From: Octopus sinensis
Lineage: Eukaryota
DNA length: 55,163 bases
Direction of reading: 5' to 3'
NCBI RefSeq assembly: GCF_006345805.1
Contig: NW_021833777.1
Location: forward strand, 1 to 55,163
How positions within the stretch are numbered: the stretch's first letter is position 1; each line of letters starts with the position of its first letter. The notes below the pieces were generated by a model that was not told the origin of the DNA, ran no database searches, and saw nothing but the letters and a program-made list of their open reading frames with translations. Below, piece after piece: positions 49,090-55,163 of this stretch. The position numbers and the translations under genes are program-made.

Positions 49090-49640
49090 TTCATCTAGAA
49101 AGAGCATTTTAGGGCCTTTCGACTCAAACACGTCAAGGATCTCAATCTCCTCTCTTTTTTCGGCCATTACTAGTCTGGTCAGCCGAAATTGGACAGGAGA
49201 CATCACTCCCTTGGCCAGTAATTTTTTTTCTTTGCAAACATTTTCCTTTGATAAAAAGGCTAGTGACAATGTGATGAATTCGCTCTGAACATGGAAAAAC
49301 TGCAGGACCCAATACAAGTAGCTTGTAAATTCTGCAGCTCAACTCATGTTTTTACTCTGGTCGGTGTCAGATTCGGTTTCAAAAACGCTTTTAACAGCGT
49401 CAAGAGAAATCGAATTATTCAGACCTGCATTCCAAGAACCTCTAAGATTGCCCATCTAGTAGATCTCTTCTATTACTTTACAATTGAAAAAAATTGTTCT
49501 TTACAGCCTGATGTGCTAGGAGATCCCCTAAGACCATTTCTGCTTGTTTTTACCATTGACGACATTGTACGGGGAGGGAATCAGCATTCAACTCCTCGTT
49601 CTTGGACGATTTCCTATTTGAATCGGGCATCGGGGATTTT
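49090..49640 (+). mobile_element. CRE-clade RT fragment
   Basis: FRLKHVKDL, FKNAFNSVKRNRII, GDPLRPFLLVFTIDDIV; degenerate. Confidence 0.7.
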
Positions 49641-50918
49641 TATTATCCAATCCTTGCGCTCTATAATCTCGGTCTGACTGTGAATGCTTTAAAAACTAAA
49701 ATACCCAAATGTATTTTATCTATTCTAATCACAAAGTGATTGGATTTTAACATTTTGAATCTTAGTTTCAGAAATAAAATATTATGACTGATTAGGAAAG
49801 TACTAAGGCTATCTATCTACCATACCATAATATTACTATAGCTATAAAATAAAGAATGTAAAATGTTAATAAAATTTGATTTTTTATTTATTTTGAAAAA
49901 TAAAATGTTCTTAATTTATCGAATTAAATATGATATATTATTCACTTGTAAAGCACGTTATATTTTTTTTTCTGTTGTTCCATTTCTGTTGTAATTGTTA
50001 TTCTATTATTTTGTACAATAAAAAGTTTTATTTTTATAATATTTCCGTTTTTTATTTGTTTGATGGTTAATTAATTTGACTACTGCTAAAATATCCTGAA
50101 TAAAGTTTATTTTGCAAGTGAATTTGTATTTATTTTATCAATTAATTAATCTCAACCAATATTGACTTTTGAATAAATTTATATTATTTTGATCCTTTTT
50201 GAATTAAATTTATATTAATTTATATTATTTTGATCTTTAAAATTGATAACTTCAGATTTATTGATGTTTAGGGTTAGGCAGTGCGTTTCCTTATTGGATT
50301 CCAGAACACGATGGAATGTAATATTGGCCGTGCACCAGACTGGAGGTTTTCCATATGAGCTATGAATATAGCTATAAACTAATGGGTAGTATGTAAAGCA
50401 ATCCTCCAGAAGTGTATCACGTCGTATCGAGTTGAAGTCATTTTAAATGTAAATTTTGACGATTACGAAAGGAATGTTTTCGTTCTTTTCAGACTAATGG
50501 ACATATACAGAAAGTATCGTTTTTTAAATTTCTTCTCAATTCGTGGTCTCGTACTATCCTTTTGTCTCAAAAAATCATTTGATTTTCCGACGCTTTTGGG
50601 ATGATTAAAGACTTGTTGCCGAGAAAATAATGAATGTTTCGGAAAGAATCTTGTGACAAATCGAATCATAATTATGAAATTCTTCATCCCCATTACCTGT
50701 ATTGTTAATACAGTAAAGTCTCTCGAATCCGCCAATTTCGGGGATCGGTAAAATTTGGCGGATCTATTTTTTAATCTATTAAAATTTAAATTATTGAGCC
50801 AAAAATTAATTAAAACCAAATAATCAGTAAGTTTTGACTTGTTTCTTTTTCGAGTTTGGATCATTGAAGATCCAATGTTTTCAATATTTCGAGTTTTCAT
50901 TCTATCCAGCCGTATTAA

Positions 50919-52790
50919 TTAGACGACTCTCAAATTTTTGTTCTCAGAGTTCATCATGACTCCACTTTGATCGTTTCCGCCATGATCCTCAATCTCCTTC
51001 TGTGGCGTGCAGTCTCTGGGTCTCTTAAGGGACTTGCTGATCTTCATAGAGAAATTATATTTCAGCCAGTCCCCATTTACGGAATTTGCAGAGTCCAGGA
51101 TTTCACTGAAGCCATGTTTGTACTCGACAAACATGCTCTCCAGAGTGCCCTTCAGCGTAACAATCTGGATGTAAAAACGAACACGTTCTTAATCCCAAGG
51201 AGCTCCATGTACGTGCGGTAGAACGTTGAGACGATTCCATCCCACGTAATAACGATTGGCACAATCTTCACCTTAGCTTTGTGAATCACCTTTAATTCAC
51301 AAGCTAAAATGTTGTATTTATGCAATTTTTCTACTCCCACACTCTTTAGACTATCTATTGAAGTCACACCCACTTTAATAAGCCATATTACGTTCTCTTT
51401 TTTATTGTAGAGCAAAATGTCGGGTTTGTTATATTGTATGTCACCGGTTTTATAGCCCACTGGGTTGGATAACCACCTACTGCCATATTTTAATAATAAT
51501 ATTTTTCATATATTTAATTTCATTGGAAAAAATGATTTTCTTAATTATTTTAATAATTTATTGTTCTTTTTTTTAAATATTTTAGCGTGAAAACTATAAC
51601 TTTTTATTAATAAAGTTTAAAAACTGTGAAAATAAATAGGGTTGTTCAATAAAGTTCAATTAGAATATGGTTCTTTTGAAATTAACGACAAACCAACTTA
51701 ATGAAATAAAAAATTTTGATGACACCACTACTATATACGATAAAGAGAAAAGGAGAAGGCTCAGGACGCTTAAAAATCGTTTTTGCTTCAAAGTTCCTGA
51801 AAAAACGTATATAAAAGTCGGAAATAATAAACTGGGTTTTTTTACTCTAGAAGAAAGTGAGCTAAAGTTAAAAATTATTGAGGTATCCATCTTAAAACAA
51901 TTGAAGATCGAGCATATGAATACTCATTTGGTAGAGACAGAATGCTCTTGTTACTAAGAGACCAAATATATTCAGCAACAAGGGGAAGAAATTTGTAGTG
52001 TGATAGCAAAATGTGTCTATTGCCAAGTAATGTTGTTAATCAGTGTTAGTCGAAAAATTTCATGGCAACAAAACCAACTATCACCCCCATAATTGCAAGG
52101 AATTTTATCAAGAAATTGTTTACAAATATAACACTACACAACATGAAACTACGAAATGGGCGCCCTTCAAAATTTTTATGGGGGATAAAAGAGATTCGGA
52201 GAGAACAGAAGATCAAATAAATGCATTGTTAATGTTCGACGGAACAAATCCAAAACTAAGTGATGAGTTAAATTCGAATTATTTTGAAAATGACGATAAA
52301 AGAACTGAGAAACAAGTGCATGAAAACCTTGTTAAAGCTGGAGAGAAAATGAAAAACGTCGTAAGTGGAAATATAAGATAATGGAGAAACAGTAAGTAGA
52401 TTGAATTTAAGTAGATTAAAAACGTAGATTAAAAAAATTTGATTAAAATTTTGATTTTTTTTAAATGAATTAATCTTATTTTTTATTGACTCCCATTAAA
52501 TAAATAAAATTTTATTTATTTTAAAAATGTAAAGCAGAAATGAATGATGTGGTGATTATGCAACAGGCAGAAATATAAAAAAACTAATAAAAAAGAAGAA
52601 AATCAAAGTTAATTATATTTTCTGATGATTTTTAGATTATATTTATATTTTTTTGGTAGTTTTTTCGATGGGGGTTATCCAACCCGGTGGGCTATAAAAC
52701 CGGTGACATTGTATTTTCAACTCTGTTGGAATTGTTGTATCAACTCGTATTTCTTAATGTCTTCAATGTACTCAAGATTTTCTATATTAA
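50919..52790 (-). mobile_element. R2-like RLE retrotransposon 3' fragment, split by a Ginger family A insertion
   Basis: Removing 51439-52708 plus one TSD restores EIRVDTTIPTELKIQYNKPDILLYNKKENVIWLIKVGVTSIDSL..EKLHKY..ITWDGIV. Confidence 0.85.
51439..52708 (+). mobile_element. Ginger/TDD-like element, family A, non-autonomous deletion derivative (1270 bp)
   Basis: TIRs TGTCACCGGTTTTATAGCCCAC; 5-bp TSD TTGTA; integrase N-terminus (..CVYCQ|SKNFMATKPTITPIIARN) joined to C-terminal YNTTQHETTKWAPF, DDE core deleted; intron 52027-52049. Confidence 0.92.
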
Positions 52791-52804
52791 AGAATTCTTC
52801 CTGA

Positions 52805-55025
52805 TTATATAACTCTTTTAGTTTTTTTTAAAGCGATAAAAGCCTCGTTAATAGTAACAACTTTCTGACTTTGTTCACACGATTCTTCGCTAATTTCTTG
52901 TTCTATTTTTTCTGAATTATTTAATTCAAGTTCTTCACTTTCGTTATACAGTCCGACCTTGAATTGGAACACTAAGTGTTCCAAAAACTGAGGTTTTGTC
53001 AAAAAATTAATATCAATATAAATTTAATAATTTAATTAATGCAAAAGTCTTAAATATTATTATTTATTGAAAAATAGTCATCGATCCTTTTTCATAACCA
53101 TAATTTTTTTTCAAACTACTGAACAAATTTTGTCTGAAACAGTAAAAATCATTTAACAAAATTGGAGCTATGTCTAGAACTGATTTTTCCAATTCATTCA
53201 CTTTTGCTACTACTTCTTTGACCGTAGTCTGTTTATTTTGCATACCACTGTAAAAAATTTCTTCATTATCGCTGCTTTCCGTATTTTCCAACACTTCGTC
53301 TACAACTTGTTCTATAACATCATCCGTCAGATTATCAGAAACAACAAATATTTCATTGCCGAAAGTATTATCCCAACAATTTGTAATTATTTCGGAGGAT
53401 ACATTTTGCCACGATTTCGATACTATTATCAATGATTGGCGTAAATTAATTTTTTTAAGTAAGTCGCAGTAAAATCTTCTTCATCTATACCAGCGGTTCT
53501 CAAATGCGGCCCCCGGGGCCGCATGTGGCCCTTAGGATTTTTTTTGCGGCCCCTCTAGAGTAACTAACTTTTTTAATTTTTAATAATGTTTAAATTTAAT
53601 TATTCATTCTTAAGGTTAAACATATCCATAATTGGTGATTTCATTAATCAATTTGAAGCACGTTTTGGGGTACATTTATATAAATTTAATTTTTAGAATT
53701 TTAAAGAATTCCTTCCTTTAATGAAAACATTCGCAACTCCATTCAGCGTGGAAATTAAGGATGCGCCCGCAAAGTTTCAACTAGAACTCATTAATTTACA
53801 ACATGATATAGAACTGGCGGCATTGTTCAAAAATGCGTCCATTATTAATTTTTACGAATTAATTCCACAAGACAAATTCAAAAATATAACACACAATGCA
53901 TATATAAATCTACATATTTATGCGAATCAATATTTAGTAAAATGGAAAATATAAAAATATATAAAATATTTTTGTGCGGCCGCGAAGCTAATCTTAATTA
54001 TCGATTTGGCCCTTGAGCTAAAAAGGTTGAGAACCCCTGATCTATACAACAAATAAATTCAATTAACGCCTTTGAATAATTATCTTTAAAAGCTTTGATT
54101 ATCCCATTATCCAATGGTTGAAGAATTGGAGTTGTATTTTTGGGTAAAAACAGCAATTCGATATTTGAGAGCGATTTATTTTCATGACACGAAGCGTTAT
54201 CAAGAATTATTAAAATTTTTCTCTTTTCCATTTTCATTCGTTCATTCACTAAGAATAACCATTGAATAAAAATATCTCTTGTCATCCAGGCATTTTTGGA
54301 AAATGAGTGCATAGCACCATAATCATCAGGGTTAAAATTCTGAAACATCTGGGATTTTTCCCGATTATTAAAGGATCAAATTTTTGGCCTGAATAACTGC
54401 AGCAAAAGAGCAAAGAAATTTTTCCTCATTTATTTTAGACCCTGACGCTTTTTTATTTTTTTGTACGAATGATTTTTTGGGGTCTTTTTTTATAAAAAGA
54501 CAAGTTTCATCAATGTTAAAGATATTATTTTTTCCAAATTGATCAATTTTTTCATGGAAAACTTTTAAAAATGATTGAATTCCATCACGATTACATGAGT
54601 TTTTTTCGCCGCTAAGGATTTTGAATTTGAGTTCATGTCTTTTTTTAAAATTCATTAACCAACCATTCGATGCTTTAAAGCTTGTAATGTTCAATTTACG
54701 CGCAATTTTCAAACCTTAAAACAATGTGAGAAAAAGTAAAATTACCAATTTTTTTGATAAGAGGACCTGAAACTGGAATATTTTGGAGCCGTAATTGTTG
54801 AAAAACGTCGAGAACTTTACTATCCAATGTTTTAAAAATATCGTCAGTTTTTGTTTCAGTCCGAAAATTTGGAATAATGTTCCCACAGGTTATTTGCGGC
54901 GTAATCGTTTTTTTTATTCGAGCAATTGTGCCAATGCTCGTTTCATATTTTTGAGTAAGTACTCTGTGTGAATGACTTTTTGGTTGTCGAGCAATTTCAA
55001 CCTTTTTCTCGTAACTGAGACCCAT
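52805..55025 (-). mobile_element. pogo/Tigger-like transposase (CENP-B HTH plus DDE_1), decayed
   Basis: PVSGPLIK, FKASNGWL..FKKRH, IFNIDET, SKNAWMTRDIF, LILDNASCH, LPKNTTPILQPLDNGII, ITNCW; 31-nt intron 54715-54745. Confidence 0.9.
53491..54039 (+). mobile_element. Buster-type hAT deletion derivative (549 bp) inserted in the pogo transposase
   Basis: TIRs CAGCGGTTCTCAA / TTGAGAACCCCTG; exact 8-bp TSD ATCTATAC; internal FATPFSV..FQLELINLQ remnant; host frame reads FICCIDEEDF after removal. Confidence 0.9.
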
Positions 55026-55163
55026 AATGATTTAGCGTAGAGTTTTTTAATCCAAATAATTAATTTTTTAATGACTAGAAATAAATAATAATAATAAGTT
55101 TTGTTCCAATCGAGGTTTTCATTTAAAAGGAATTATTTATTCTAGGCAGAAATCCTACAAAGT

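Noticed and set aside
50266-50278. TTTAGGGTTAGG as telomeric repeat or a CRE target site
   Set aside because: Only two units and no adjacent CRE end; expected by chance.
50280-50900. Possible LINE RNase H remnant (YIPSCSGIQ*GN) and MULE remnant (DTFCICP)
   Set aside because: Single short motifs without termini or supporting motifs; too weak to annotate.
1-55163. Alternative genetic code (stop-codon reassignment) explaining the in-frame stops
   Set aside because: ZMAT2 and the 491-aa CRE ORF read through with the standard code. Stops in decayed elements involve all three codons and co-occur with frameshifts.

Overview
AT-rich eukaryotic genomic window, mostly a nested graveyard of transposable elements, from a lineage with very short GT-AG introns (22-36 nt). 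No rRNA, tRNA, CRISPR array or prokaryotic operon was found. Only one host gene looks intact: ZMAT2/Snu23 (2664-3361, three introns of 22-26 nt). Three housekeeping genes are present as decayed, intron-retaining copies: GluRS/EPRS, RPS3 and a TFIIIA-like zinc-finger exon. DNA transposons: Ginger/TDD-like integrase elements with TGTCAC ends and 5-bp TSDs (several families, one nested in another), Buster- and Ac-like hAT elements, an IR/DR Tc1, pogo, and a foldback-like IS630/Tc1 derivative built from 42-bp modules. Non-LTR retrotransposons: many CRE-clade copies, R2-like restriction-endonuclease (RLE) fragments, APE-type LINE RT fragments and an ORF1(gag)-only retroposon. The most notable feature is a ~1.3-kb endogenous nodavirus-like RdRp (38535-39841, minus strand) that sits directly behind an A13 tract. 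All family assignments come from motif recognition by eye; no database search was run. Some 1-bp frameshifts could be assembly errors. The host species cannot be determined from this window.
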